Assembly: GCF_018260555.1 (NCBI RefSeq)
Contig: NZ_JAGLBB010000004.1
Location: forward strand, 14,142 to 78,141
DNA: 64,000 nt
Reading direction: 5' to 3'
From: Deinococcus sp.
Lineage (GTDB): Bacteria > Deinococcota > Deinococci > Deinococcales > Deinococcaceae
Made by a program: the position numbers and the translations under genes. Positions 27,797 to 42,567 of the stretch are shown here, piece after piece (within the stretch, counting starts at the first letter, position 1; each line of letters starts with the position of its first letter). A model generated the notes under the pieces. That model was not told the DNA's origin and searched no databases. It saw only the letters and a program-made list of their open reading frames with translations.

Positions 27797-29334
27797 CCCG
27801 CCCGGACGACACCAGCCTCCCGGCCCGGCCCACGCTCACCCCGCCCCTGTCGCGCGTGACCCTCAGCGGCCCGGATCTGGGCACCGTGGACCTGGAATTC
27901 GAGGGACAGCCCACCGGCAACGGCGCCGCAGCCGGGGACCTGGAAACCACCCCGACTGACATGCCGCCAGCCGCTCAGGCCGCGCCGGATGACCTACCGG
28001 ACTTCGACCCGCGCCTGTACGAGGCGGCGCTGCCACGACCGGAACCGCTGAGCGCGGAGTCGTTCCTGCCGGTGCTGCCGCCGGCCCAGTTTGCGGCGCT
28101 CCTGGACGACCTGCGCGGCGAACTGAGCCTGATTCCGGACGAGGCGACCCGCGCGGCCCTGCATAGCCGCGCCCGCCTGCTGGCCCTGAACGTCGAGCAG
28201 TACCGCGTGAATCACGAGCAGGCGCGCTCGACCCTGACCCGCGTGCTGGCCGAGACGGGCGTGGGCGTGCGCAGCAGCTGGGAGCGGCAGCAGGCACACC
28301 TGAACTTCATGAACGCCGCCAGCGGAGCGGTGGAACACGATTACGAGGCCGCGACTGCCGCCATCGAACAGGCCCGCGCCGGGCGCTTCGAGGCGCTGGT
28401 CGCCACGGGTGCCCGCCCGGACACCACCGGCGCCGAGGACCTGTACACGCAGCAGGCCGTCATGACCCTGGCCCGCGAGGGTCACGCCATCCGCCCGCCC
28501 GAGCAGAAAAGTGGCAGCAAACGCGTGTTCAACGCATTCGCGGTGTTCAGCAAGTTCTTCGTGGGGGTCATCAGCGGCGTGAGTATCAACCTGCTGTTCA
28601 ACCCGGAGTCCCGGCTGTACCTGACCCTGATCGCCCTGACCGCCGGGGTGATGTTCAGTGTGCTGCTGCTGTGGCTGGTGGACGAACTCGCGTACCGCGC
28701 CAAGCTCGCGCCCGGCACGCCCGGCATGGCCCACCCGCGCACGTACACGGCGGGCATCCTGGCCGTCACCGCACTGTACCTGTGCGTGGAAGGCTTCCTG
28801 AACTGGGACGGTATCCTGCGCGTCACGGCCGAGATCGCCGCGAACGCCGCGCAGCAGGGCCAGCTGACCGACCTGAGCGCCGCACCCACACCGGACGCCG
28901 CGCCGCAGCATTGGTCCCTGCTGACCTTCACGCTGGCCCTGGTCGGCATGGCGGCCGCCGCCGCGCTCATCCAGGGCCGCGAGCGCGCCCGCAACGTACT
29001 GGAACGCGAACGCCTCGCGGCGCGCGTGGCGGACCTCAAGGCGCAGGGCACGCTTGAGAGCGCCGCCCGCGCGGTCGATCACGTCACGTACCTCGAACGG
29101 GCCCGCGACCGCCTGGCCCCGCCGCGTGACGTGACCAGCCCAGACCACGCCCGCCTGAACGAACGCGTCCTGAGCCACTGGGAGCAGGAACGCGACACGC
29201 AGGTGCAGAGCGTCAGTGCCCGCCTGCTGGCCGAAGCTCAGCAGGTGCAAGCCACCCTGGAAGACTTCGCGGCGCAGGTGCAGGACGCCCGCTTTCCCCG
29301 GCCGCGCCGGGGCCTACGCGCCCTGCTGGGCTGA
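27793..29334 (+). CDS. Hypothetical membrane protein (about 4 TM helices flanked by long helical/coiled-coil regions)
   Basis: 513 aa. GTG start overlaps the vWA stop as GTGA. High GC3 and a hydrophobic block around residues 245-400. No family recognised. Confidence 0.6.
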   Translation: MTRPDDTSLPARPTLTPPLSRVTLSGPDLGTVDLEFEGQPTGNGAAAGDLETTPTDMPPAAQAAPDDLPDFDPRLYEAALPRPEPLSAESFLPVLPPAQFAALLDDLRGELSLIPDEATRAALHSRARLLALNVEQYRVNHEQARSTLTRVLAETGVGVRSSWERQQAHLNFMNAASGAVEHDYEAATAAIEQARAGRFEALVATGARPDTTGAEDLYTQQAVMTLAREGHAIRPPEQKSGSKRVFNAFAVFSKFFVGVISGVSINLLFNPESRLYLTLIALTAGVMFSVLLLWLVDELAYRAKLAPGTPGMAHPRTYTAGILAVTALYLCVEGFLNWDGILRVTAEIAANAAQQGQLTDLSAAPTPDAAPQHWSLLTFTLALVGMAAAAALIQGRERARNVLERERLAARVADLKAQGTLESAARAVDHVTYLERARDRLAPPRDVTSPDHARLNERVLSHWEQERDTQVQSVSARLLAEAQQVQATLEDFAAQVQDARFPRPRRGLRALLG

Positions 29335-29437
29335 TCAATACCCGGAGAGTTGCGCCGCAGAGCGAATGGGAGACCAACGGATCAGGACGGTTTCCGTATC
29401 GCCCGGCGACCCTCCCTCCGGGTACTGATCGACCGGG

Positions 29438-29803
29438 TTACTGGCGGGCTTCTTTCAGATCGATCATCCCCGTGAACCGGTCGAAGTCCACGACCAGCTG
29501 GTATCTCCCTTCGGGGCCACTGGTCAACACATTCAGTCCCCACTCGCCTTTCGGGCAGACCCGCCCGGCAACCTGCACGCCCTGGGGGTCGAGCAGGCGG
29601 ACAGTGGCCGTGCCCGCGCTCACCTTGCAGGAGCCGCGCACGCCGATCTGGGCGCGGTCCTCGTAGATGTTCAGGCCGTAGCGGTTCTGGCCGCTGGCGT
29701 GCAGCAGGTACGTGGGGGTCAGGGTGACGTACCCGAGGCGCAGCCCGAACGTGAAGTACATCACCGTCAGGGCAAGCGCCAGCGCTATCAGCAGAAACCG
29801 CAT
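29438..29803 (-). CDS. Small membrane-anchored hypothetical protein
   Basis: Start trimmed to ATG at 29801-29803 (MRFLLIALALALTVMYFTF). TAGAGT hexamer 7 nt upstream. Confidence 0.5.
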   Translation of the reverse strand: MRFLLIALALALTVMYFTFGLRLGYVTLTPTYLLHASGQNRYGLNIYEDRAQIGVRGSCKVSAGTATVRLLDPQGVQVAGRVCPKGEWGLNVLTSGPEGRYQLVVDFDRFTGMIDLKEARQ

Positions 29804-29883
29804 TGCGCGCACTCTACCCCGCGGCGCCCGGCCCGTGTGCCGCAGCCGCGCCCCCAGGTAGACGGAACCAACCTGCACCCCGG

Positions 29884-30137
29884 GTGATACGGACTGGTAC
29901 GGACACGGAGAGCTGCGTCGCAGAGCAAGCATGAGAGACACAGACGGTTGCACCTGCGTACCGGATGACCAGCCGTGTTCCGTCAGAGGTCCATATTAAG
30001 TACGTTGAAGCTCACATGGCGCCATGCCGGGAAAGCACCGGAACCTCTCCATTCCCGCTCCAACGTACGTTCTTCTGCTCCGCGCTCCGCGCGGTTTATG
30101 GACAAGATCAACGCAGTGTACTTATGACTCCGTATCC
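29884..30137. repeat. Chimeric MITE-like element, about 250 bp (family-B-like right half, distinct left half)
   Basis: Termini are TGATACGGACTGG and GACTCCGTATCCGG. The right ~110 bp align with the family B core. Bases 30108-30137 also encode the C-terminus of the MocR gene. Confidence 0.55.
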
Positions 30138-31721
30138 GGGGTCTGCGTCTGGGGCCGGTGTCAGCGCGGTGCCCAGGCGGGCGGCGCCGTCGGTCAGTTC
30201 GGCCGTGGACAGGGCTGCGAAGCCCAGCAGGACGGCCGGCGGGTGACCACCCTGCGAGAGCGGCGCGACCGGACTGAGTCCCACGCCCTGCCGGGCGGCG
30301 CGGGCCAGCACGTCCACTTCCGTCCACGGGGGCGGCAGCGGCAGGTACAGGTGCAGGCCGGACGCGACGGGCAGGACCGGCCAGCCGGGCAGGTGGGTAC
30401 GCAGCGCGCCCACCAGCACTTCCTGGCGGCTGAAGACGGCCGTGCGGGCGCGGCGCAGGTGGCGTGCGTACGCGCCCGAGGCCAGCACGTCCGCCAGGGC
30501 CAGGGCGTCCAGTCGGCCGGGCAGGCGGTCGGTCAGGGGACGGGTGCCGGTCAGGACGCGCAGCACGCCAGGCGGGGCGACCAGGAAACCGCTGCGCGTC
30601 ACGGGCGCGAGGCTCTTGCTGAACGAGCCGAGCAGGATCACCCGGTCCGGCGCCAGACCCTGCAACACCGGGGGGGGCCGGGAGGTCAGGTGCAGGTCGG
30701 CGGCGTAATCGTCTTCCAGGATGAAGGCGTTCGCGGCGGCAGCCCAGGCGATCAGCGCCTGGCGGCGGTCCGCGCCCAGACTGACCGCCGTTGGGTACTG
30801 GCAGCCGGGCGTCACGTACGCCAGGGTCGCGCCCGGCGGCAGTGCGTCGGTCCGGAGGCCCCGGTCGTCCACGGGCACACCGGTCACGTCTGCGCCGGTG
30901 GCAGCCAGCGCGGCGCGCGCCCCGGCGTAGGTGGGGTCCTCGACGACCGCGAGGCGGCCTGGTTCCAGGAACACGCGGGCCAGGGCGTCCAGCGCCGACT
31001 GGGTGCCGCCGGTCAGCATGACCATGTCGGGCGTGACGCGCGCGCCGCGCTGCGCGTTCAGGTACGCGGCCAGCGCGCGCCGCGTCTCGAGCGGCCCGAG
31101 GGGATCGTGCGGGTGCGGGTGCGTGACCTGCGCGGCCCGGCGGGCCAGGGCCTGCGTCCAGGCGGCCTCCGGGTACAGGTCCGGGACGGGTCGCCCCACC
31201 CGGAAATCCACGGCGTAACGGTCCCCGCCGACCTCCTCGACCTGCCCTTCAAGGGCGCGGATCGCCCAGGCGCTCAGCGGCAGGGGCCGCCCATCCGGCG
31301 CAGGGGCGGTCACACCGCCGCCCGGGTGGGCCGTGGTCGCGTGGCCCGGACCACTGTTCACGGGACCAGAGATGACGGGCACACTTATGACCGGCACGCT
31401 GATGACCGGCACACTGATCACTGTGCCGCTGCGGCCCCTGGGGCGCACGTACCCCTCGGCGTGCAGTTGCGTCAGGGCGTCGACCAGGGTGTTGCGGGAC
31501 ACGCCCAGCCGCTGCGCGAGGCGGCGGTGGCCGGGCAACCGCGTGCCCTCGGGGAGCAGGCCGCGCGTCACGGCGCCCCGCAGGGTCCGCGCGACCAGGG
31601 CGTGGCGGGTCTCGCCGGGGTGCGGATCGCTGAGGGTCAGGGTGTCCAGCCAGCCGTCCGCCAGACCGCCCGTGGCCCCATCCCGGGCGCTGGCCGTCAG
31701 CGGAATTCGCGTTCCAGCCAC
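30108..31721 (-). CDS. MocR-type (GntR HTH + PLP aminotransferase-like domain) transcriptional regulator
   Basis: [34 protein letters not shown], a repeat linker (VISVP x3), then a class-I aminotransferase-like domain of about 380 aa. Confidence 0.85.
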   Translation of the reverse strand: MAGTRIPLTASARDGATGGLADGWLDTLTLSDPHPGETRHALVARTLRGAVTRGLLPEGTRLPGHRRLAQRLGVSRNTLVDALTQLHAEGYVRPRGRSGTVISVPVISVPVISVPVISGPVNSGPGHATTAHPGGGVTAPAPDGRPLPLSAWAIRALEGQVEEVGGDRYAVDFRVGRPVPDLYPEAAWTQALARRAAQVTHPHPHDPLGPLETRRALAAYLNAQRGARVTPDMVMLTGGTQSALDALARVFLEPGRLAVVEDPTYAGARAALAATGADVTGVPVDDRGLRTDALPPGATLAYVTPGCQYPTAVSLGADRRQALIAWAAAANAFILEDDYAADLHLTSRPPPVLQGLAPDRVILLGSFSKSLAPVTRSGFLVAPPGVLRVLTGTRPLTDRLPGRLDALALADVLASGAYARHLRRARTAVFSRQEVLVGALRTHLPGWPVLPVASGLHLYLPLPPPWTEVDVLARAARQGVGLSPVAPLSQGGHPPAVLLGFAALSTAELTDGAARLGTALTPAPDADPGYGVISTLR

Positions 31722-32005
31722 GCCCGCTGCCCACCCTCGGCGGTCAGGGCCTGCCCCGCCAGTTCAAGAAAACGGTCGCGGGCAACCCCGGCCTCGGCGG
31801 CGCTCAGGCCGTGCGCGGCCGGGTCGGCCAGCAGGGCGCGCAGCAGCGGGTATACCGGCGTGTCCCGGTGCAGGGTGCCGCGCACGGTCACGTCCGCCCG
31901 CCAGTTCAGCAGGTAGTCCAGGGCGTACGGGCCGGGTTCCAGCACGCAGCCGCCCGGGTACGGTATGCGCGGCGGGGCGGGAAAGGTCACGGCGGGGTCA
32001 CTCAT
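31697..32005 (-). CDS. Hypothetical protein (102 aa)
   Basis: High-GC3 ORF that overlaps the MocR start by 25 nt. Its ATG (32003-32005) lies in the terminus of repeat A. No family recognised. Confidence 0.5.
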   Translation of the reverse strand: MSDPAVTFPAPPRIPYPGGCVLEPGPYALDYLLNWRADVTVRGTLHRDTPVYPLLRALLADPAAHGLSAAEAGVARDRFLELAGQALTAEGGQRAWLEREFR

Positions 32006-32141
32006 ACGGATTCCGATTGATTTGCTGCAGTTCAGAATCCATCCGAGCGGATGCGAGTAGGACCAACCGATGGGTTTCGCGGTATGGAGCCGCAGGCAGT
32101 GTGTTCCCGGCTGTGGCGCAATGGTGCGCAGTCCGTATCAT
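32002..32141 (+). repeat. MITE-like repeat, family A copy
   Basis: TCATACGGATTCCGATTGAT...GCGCAGTCCGTATCA. Aligns with 32405-32544 and 62339-62476. Confidence 0.8.
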
Positions 32142-32233
32142 GCCCCCAGCATGCGCCGCGTGAAGCACCCGTGAACAGGGGCCCCGCGGCAAATGCGGCG
32201 TCGTTCACCGGGAAGGCCGCTTAAGCTGCGGGC

Positions 32234-32407
32234 ATGCGCATCCTGGTACCTGACCTGCTGCTCATCCTGAGTGTCCTGAGCATCGCCGTGGGAGTCATCG
32301 CCCTGATCCGCTTCGCGGTCCGGGAACATGCTTACAGGAGCGAAGGCAGCCGCCTGCGGGAACTCGAGCAGCGCATCCAGCAACTCGAACGCGACCGAGC
32401 GAACTGA
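32234..32407 (+). CDS. Candidate 57-aa small membrane protein (below the ORF-track size cutoff)
   Basis: Hand-translated as MRILVPDLLLILSVLSIAVGVIALIRFAVREHAYRSEGSRLRELEQRIQQLERDRAN. High GC3. TAAGCT hexamer 6 nt upstream of the ATG. The stop TGA is the first 3 nt of the next repeat. Confidence 0.35.
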   Translation: MRILVPDLLLILSVLSIAVGVIALIRFAVREHAYRSEGSRLRELEQRIQQLERDRAN

Positions 32408-32544
32408 TACGGAGTCCGGTTGAATCGGCGCAGTTCTGAATCAATCCGAGCGGACGCGAGCAGGAACAGCAGACGGATTCTGCGGTATGGAGCCGCCGAT
32501 AACGCCTTCCCGCCTATGGCGCCATGGAGCGGCAGTCCGTATCA
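32405..32544 (+). repeat. MITE-like repeat, family A copy
   Basis: TGATACGGAGTCCGGTTGAATCGG...GGCAGTCCGTATCA. Directly abuts a family B copy. Confidence 0.8.
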
Positions 32545-32680
32545 TACGGGTTCCGTTTGTTTCGCCGACAACCCGGAACTTCGCCGGATTGCCGGCTCCA
32601 CGTCCGGAACCCGTTTTGCTCCCACTCGCTCCGCTCGGATTGAACGGGCTTTGCAGCCCATTCAATCGGAGTCCGTATCA
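32543..32680 (+). repeat. MITE-like repeat, family B copy
   Basis: CATACGGGTTCCGTTTGTTTCGCCGACAACCCGGAA...CCCATTCAATCGGAGTCCGTATCA. Confidence 0.8.
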
Positions 32681-32775
32681 CGACGCGGGGCGGAGAACGG
32701 GGCAGAACATGGGGCAGGGACAGGGAAGCTGATCTCCCCTGCCCCTGCCAGCCATACCAGCTTGCCCCGCTGCTT

Positions 32776-34420
<1,645 letters not shown>

Positions 34421-34494
34421 GGGTTCTCCTGTGGGCCTGGCGGCGCGCGCCGTCCCGGTGCTGATCGTTTCTCGGTGAGGTCGGGGAGTGCTCG

Positions 34495-35745
34495 TCAGTG
34501 GTCGCTCAGGTAGGGGCGGAGTTCTTCCGGGAGGACCTCGTCGTACAGGTCACGCCAGTTGGTGCCGTCGAAGGTGAGGGCAGACTCGATGAACGACTGC
34601 GCCAGCGGGTCCGGGTCGTCCAGGGCGTCCAGGGGAACGTCCAGCAGCACCGCGACGGGTACGGGCAAATTGGTGTCTTGCGGGACGACCAGTTCATGTT
34701 CGAAGGTCTGCGTGATCAGTTCACGGGTCCACTGCGCCCACCCGGCGGGGTTTCCGGCCCCGGTCTCGACCAGCAGGTCGGCGCGCAGGCGCTCCTCATG
34801 CTCGGCCGGCACGTCTCCGTCTACCCATTCCACGCGGCCGTCGGCGAACACCTGAACAGGCACGGTTTCCACATCCAGGAAGTCCGGCAGGTCCAGGGCG
34901 TCCTCGCGGGCCTCGCCGTCCGGGTCGGCGTACGAGATCCACGTCTCGCCGTCGAGGCTGTAACTGCTGCCCTCACGGTTCACGGTGACTTCCACGTTGC
35001 CCAGCGTGGCGAACGCCAGATTCACCGGGGATTGCAGCGGCGCGGGCTGCCGCAGTTCGAAGGCCACGCGGCGCGCGACCGGCACGGGGTCCGTGTCGTC
35101 GCCGTCGGTGGCGTCCAGGTGGGTATCCTGCCAGCCCTGGTCGCTGTCGCCGTGCCACTCGCGGGCCAGCGTTTCAAGCGTGTCCAGCAGGTCCGCCGGG
35201 GGTTCCGGGTCGATATCCAGGCGGCCCTCGCGCCACTGCTCGGCCACGTAGGTCGCGACGACCTCGCCGCCCAGCGTCGCGGCCGGGTGTTGCAGCAGGA
35301 ATTCCAGGGCGCGGCGGGCGTCCACGTTCACCGGGAACGCCTCCCACTTCACGCCGTCGGCAGAGTGCTGCACTTCACGCAGGCGCACCGCGCCGCCCTC
35401 GACCGGCAGCACGCGGCCGGTGGTGTCACTGCCCTCGCCGACGCGGCCCAGCGCCAGTTCACCGCTCAGCCGGCGCAGTGTGGGCACGGGAATGGACTGC
35501 ACGTCCTCGGCGGTTTCCAGGAAGCGGTCCGCGCGGCCATGCATGACGTGCAGCGTGCGGTACTGACTGTCCCAGGCGGCCCCGTACGGCTGCGAGCGCT
35601 GCAGCGCGCCCGCGATCAGGTCGCGGTGAGCAGCGTCCTCGGGGCCGCGCGTGAAGGTCAGTGTGCCATCCGCGTCCATGGTCGCGTCGAAGGGATATAC
35701 GGTGGGCATCAGACCCAGTTGTTTACGTCGTTTTGCTTCGCCCAT
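34495..35745 (-). CDS. Acidic hypothetical protein (416 aa)
   Basis: High GC3, N-terminus MGEAKRRKQLG, very Asp/Glu-rich. SD GGGAGA upstream. No family recognised. Confidence 0.6.
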   Translation of the reverse strand: MGEAKRRKQLGLMPTVYPFDATMDADGTLTFTRGPEDAAHRDLIAGALQRSQPYGAAWDSQYRTLHVMHGRADRFLETAEDVQSIPVPTLRRLSGELALGRVGEGSDTTGRVLPVEGGAVRLREVQHSADGVKWEAFPVNVDARRALEFLLQHPAATLGGEVVATYVAEQWREGRLDIDPEPPADLLDTLETLAREWHGDSDQGWQDTHLDATDGDDTDPVPVARRVAFELRQPAPLQSPVNLAFATLGNVEVTVNREGSSYSLDGETWISYADPDGEAREDALDLPDFLDVETVPVQVFADGRVEWVDGDVPAEHEERLRADLLVETGAGNPAGWAQWTRELITQTFEHELVVPQDTNLPVPVAVLLDVPLDALDDPDPLAQSFIESALTFDGTNWRDLYDEVLPEELRPYLSDH

Positions 35746-35758
35746 AAGTTCTCCCAGC

Positions 35759-36424
35759 TTACTCGCGTGAGGCGAGCAGCAGCGCCCCGAAGCCCAGCAT
35801 CAGAGTGCCCGCCACGCGGTCCACACCCTGGCGGGCCCGCAGGTACGCGCCCTGCACCCGCGCGGTGGACATGCCCAGCGCCACCACCGCGAACCACACC
35901 ACGCTGAGGCTCACGATGATCCCGAACGCCGCGAGTTTCATGCCGCTTCCCGCGTGGTTGCCGAGCACTCCGCTGAATACGCTGCCGAAGAACACAGCCG
36001 CCTTCGGGTTGGCGATGTTCGTCAGGAACCCGGCCCGCAGAGCGCGCAGGTCACCCTGCAGGTCGTCCAGCGGCGCGCGTACCGGCACGCCCAGCTGCGC
36101 GGCCCCGCCACCGTGGGCGCCTGCGCTGTCCGGGACTTTCAGGCTGCCGCGCCACAGGCCGTAGCCCATCCATAACAGGTACAGGCCGCCCGCCACGCGA
36201 ATCACGCCGTGGACCCACGGGAACGCCCCGAACAGCAGCCCGATACCCAGCAACGCCAGGGACGCCCACACGCTGATGCCCAGCACCACGCCCAGCCCCG
36301 CCAGGAGCGCCGCGCGCCGCGTGCGGGCCAGCGCCGTCTGACTGACCAGCAGCACGTCCGGCCCGGGCACGATCAGCACCACGGCGTGCAGGGCCGCCAC
36401 CGCCAGCAGAATCTTCAGGTCCAT
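35759..36424 (-). CDS. LysE/RhtB family amino-acid exporter
   Basis: 221 aa with about 6 TM helices and the N-terminal VPGPDVLLV motif. Confidence 0.85.
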   Translation of the reverse strand: MDLKILLAVAALHAVVLIVPGPDVLLVSQTALARTRRAALLAGLGVVLGISVWASLALLGIGLLFGAFPWVHGVIRVAGGLYLLWMGYGLWRGSLKVPDSAGAHGGGAAQLGVPVRAPLDDLQGDLRALRAGFLTNIANPKAAVFFGSVFSGVLGNHAGSGMKLAAFGIIVSLSVVWFAVVALGMSTARVQGAYLRARQGVDRVAGTLMLGFGALLLASRE

Positions 36425-36601
36425 GTGTCCTCTCCCTCGCCGTCTTCACGGCAGTTCACTTCGTTAAGGGGGACCGCTTTAGAGGGAGTGCCGTCCGTTC
36501 CGCGCATCACCCGGAACCCGCCCTATTCCCCCCTCGCATCTGCCCCGATGGAACGGTTTTACCCGCCCAGCTCAACCCCGGGGCGGCGTGAGTCAGTGGG
36601 A

Positions 36602-37888
<1,287 letters not shown>

Positions 37889-37910
37889 ACCACTCCCTCC
37901 TCAAGAAACG

Positions 37911-37943
37911 CGCCCCCGGCCGCTGCGAGAGCTACCGGGGGCG
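37911..37943 (-). terminator. Terminator-like hairpin in the leuC leader (candidate attenuator)
   Basis: On the minus strand: CGCCCCCGG-15 nt-CCGGGGGCG followed by CGTTTCTTG, ending a few nt before the leuC SD GAGGAGGG. Confidence 0.5.
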
Positions 37944-37965
37944 AACACTGAACGCTGGGCCGCGC

Positions 37966-38031
37966 TCAACGCCCCAAGCGAAGAAGAAGCCCCACCAGGG
38001 ACGCTCCGACCCGCACAGAACCGCTGAACAT
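37966..38031 (-). CDS. Candidate leucine leader peptide (21 aa, MFSGSVRVGASLVGLLLRLGR)
   Basis: Hand-translated. Five Leu in the last 10 codons, including CTT CTT CTT and TTG. TATGCT hexamer (38038-38043) 6 nt upstream of the ATG. Its stop lies 22 nt before the hairpin. Confidence 0.35.
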   Translation of the reverse strand: MFSGSVRVGASLVGLLLRLGR

Positions 38032-38126
38032 GCCCCGAGCATACGCCACCCCCTGTACGCAACGAACAGGTGGTGTAGATAGGCGCCAGCCTCCAGGGAC
38101 GACGGAAGATCACAGAAGATCACAAG

Positions 38127-38155
38127 GGCCGCACCCCAGCTTCCGGGGTGCGGCC
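38127..38155 (-). terminator. Hairpin terminator downstream of the 38204-38566 gene
   Basis: GGCCGCACCCC-agcttcc-GGGGTGCGGCC, an 11-bp perfect stem, followed on the minus strand by CTTGTGATCTTCTGTG. Confidence 0.65.
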
Positions 38156-38203
38156 TTCCAGTCTGTTGATCTGGCTCTATCGGTAGGGAACGGGGGCGCC
38201 GGA

Positions 38204-38566
38204 TTACTGCAAGTCGAAGTCGAGGACGGGGGGCGCTTCTGCCCTGGGCGTCTCTTCTTTCGGCGAGTCGTTCTCTGGGCTGGGTGCAGGAGTGGCGCGT
38301 TGCACGTTGGGAATGGCGACGGGGGTGGTGCGGTCCATGGGCTGCTGTGGCTGGCCGGGTTTGACCCACTGGGTGCCGGGCGCGGCGGGGCCAGGGGTGC
38401 GGTGGGGTGGGGTGGGGTAGGCGGCCTGGCGGGCGGCCCGGATGATGCTGTCCACTTCGTGTTTGCTCAGCAGGCCCTTGTGTTCGAGGGTGCTGAGGAT
38501 GCCAAGGACCATTTTGCGGGTAAATTCGGCTTCGGCCTGGGGGTCTTTGGGGGTGGGGGCGGTCAT
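38204..38566 (-). CDS. Hypothetical protein (120 aa, helical N-terminus and Pro-rich tail)
   Basis: Start trimmed to ATG at 38564-38566 (MTAPTPKDPQAEAEF). TACCCT hexamer 7 nt upstream. A terminator hairpin lies downstream. Confidence 0.5.
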   Translation of the reverse strand: MTAPTPKDPQAEAEFTRKMVLGILSTLEHKGLLSKHEVDSIIRAARQAAYPTPPHRTPGPAAPGTQWVKPGQPQQPMDRTTPVAIPNVQRATPAPSPENDSPKEETPRAEAPPVLDFDLQ

Positions 38567-38791
38567 GGGTGCCAGGGTAGCGCGTGGGCGGCGGGAGCTG
38601 CACCTGAGGCGGTGACATCGGGTCCCCGGAGCGCCGGGCCGGGCCGCGCGTGGTGTGCCGGGTGAGTGGTAAACTGCGCTGTCTGAAAGAGTGGTGTGAA
38701 TGGTCACCCACGCGGCATAACGCTTCGCCTTACTGTGTGGTGGCGTGTCGGGGCCTACGCGAAGAGGTTTAGACGTCGAGGAGGACTGGGA

Positions 38792-39527
<736 letters not shown>

Positions 39528-39564
39528 GCCTGCGTCCAGAATTGGCAGGTGGTAAAGGATAACT

Positions 39565-41316
<1,752 letters not shown>

Positions 41317-41376
41317 CCCCGCCCCCCCTACCCACTCGGGCGGCGCTGCCATGCACGCCGCCCGGAAGGAATCTCA

Positions 41377-42141
<765 letters not shown>

Positions 42142-42163
42142 GCCGAAGCTTCCCGAGCCCCGT

Positions 42164-42190
42164 CCCGCCTGCCGGTGGGCGGGGCTTTTT
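42164..42190 (+). terminator. Intrinsic terminator after sdhB
   Basis: CCCGCC-tgccggtg-GGCGGG followed by GCTTTTT. Confidence 0.75.
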
Positions 42191-42324
42191 CATGGGCGGC
42201 GCAGGCTGTACCGTGGGTCACGACCGTCGCCCCGCCCCTGACCGCCCCGCGCGTCAATCCCACCATGCCCCGGCCCGCCTGTGATCGGCCAGCGTCACGC
42301 CACACTTCCCGCATCGGCTCCGAC

Positions 42325-42461
42325 TCATACGGATTCCGTTTGTTTCGTTGACAACCCGGAAGGGCACCGGGTTGTCAGCTTCACGTCCAGAACCCGTTTT
42401 GCTTCTACTCGCTCCGCTCCGATTGATTCGGAACTGCACCGAATCAATCGGAATCCGTATA
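42325..42461 (+). repeat. MITE-like repeat, family B copy
   Basis: TCATACGGATTCCGTTTGTTTCGTTGACAACCCGGAA...CCGATTGATTCGGAACTGCACCGAATCAATCGGAATCCGTATA. Confidence 0.8.
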
Positions 42462-42567
42462 GGGTACCCGGAAGGTCAGCGCCAGGGACACAGAAGCGCC
42501 CCTGCAAGACGTCGCCCTTCCTGGGCCTTGCCATGGATGCGGTTGGCGATGCTCATCCTGGGTGCCT

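Noticed and set aside
32138-32383. 81-aa minus-strand ORF between the two family-A repeats
   Set aside because: It is antisense to the better-supported plus-strand 57-codon ORF, which has high GC3, a TM helix and a -10-like hexamer. Its own translation is low-complexity and partly encoded by repeat sequence.
37944-38126. T-box riboswitch upstream of leuC
   Set aside because: Only a weak resemblance (GGGGGTGGCGTATGC) to the T-box core AGGGTGGTACCGCG. I could not identify a convincing specifier loop or stem I motifs. The leader-peptide model fits the sequence better.
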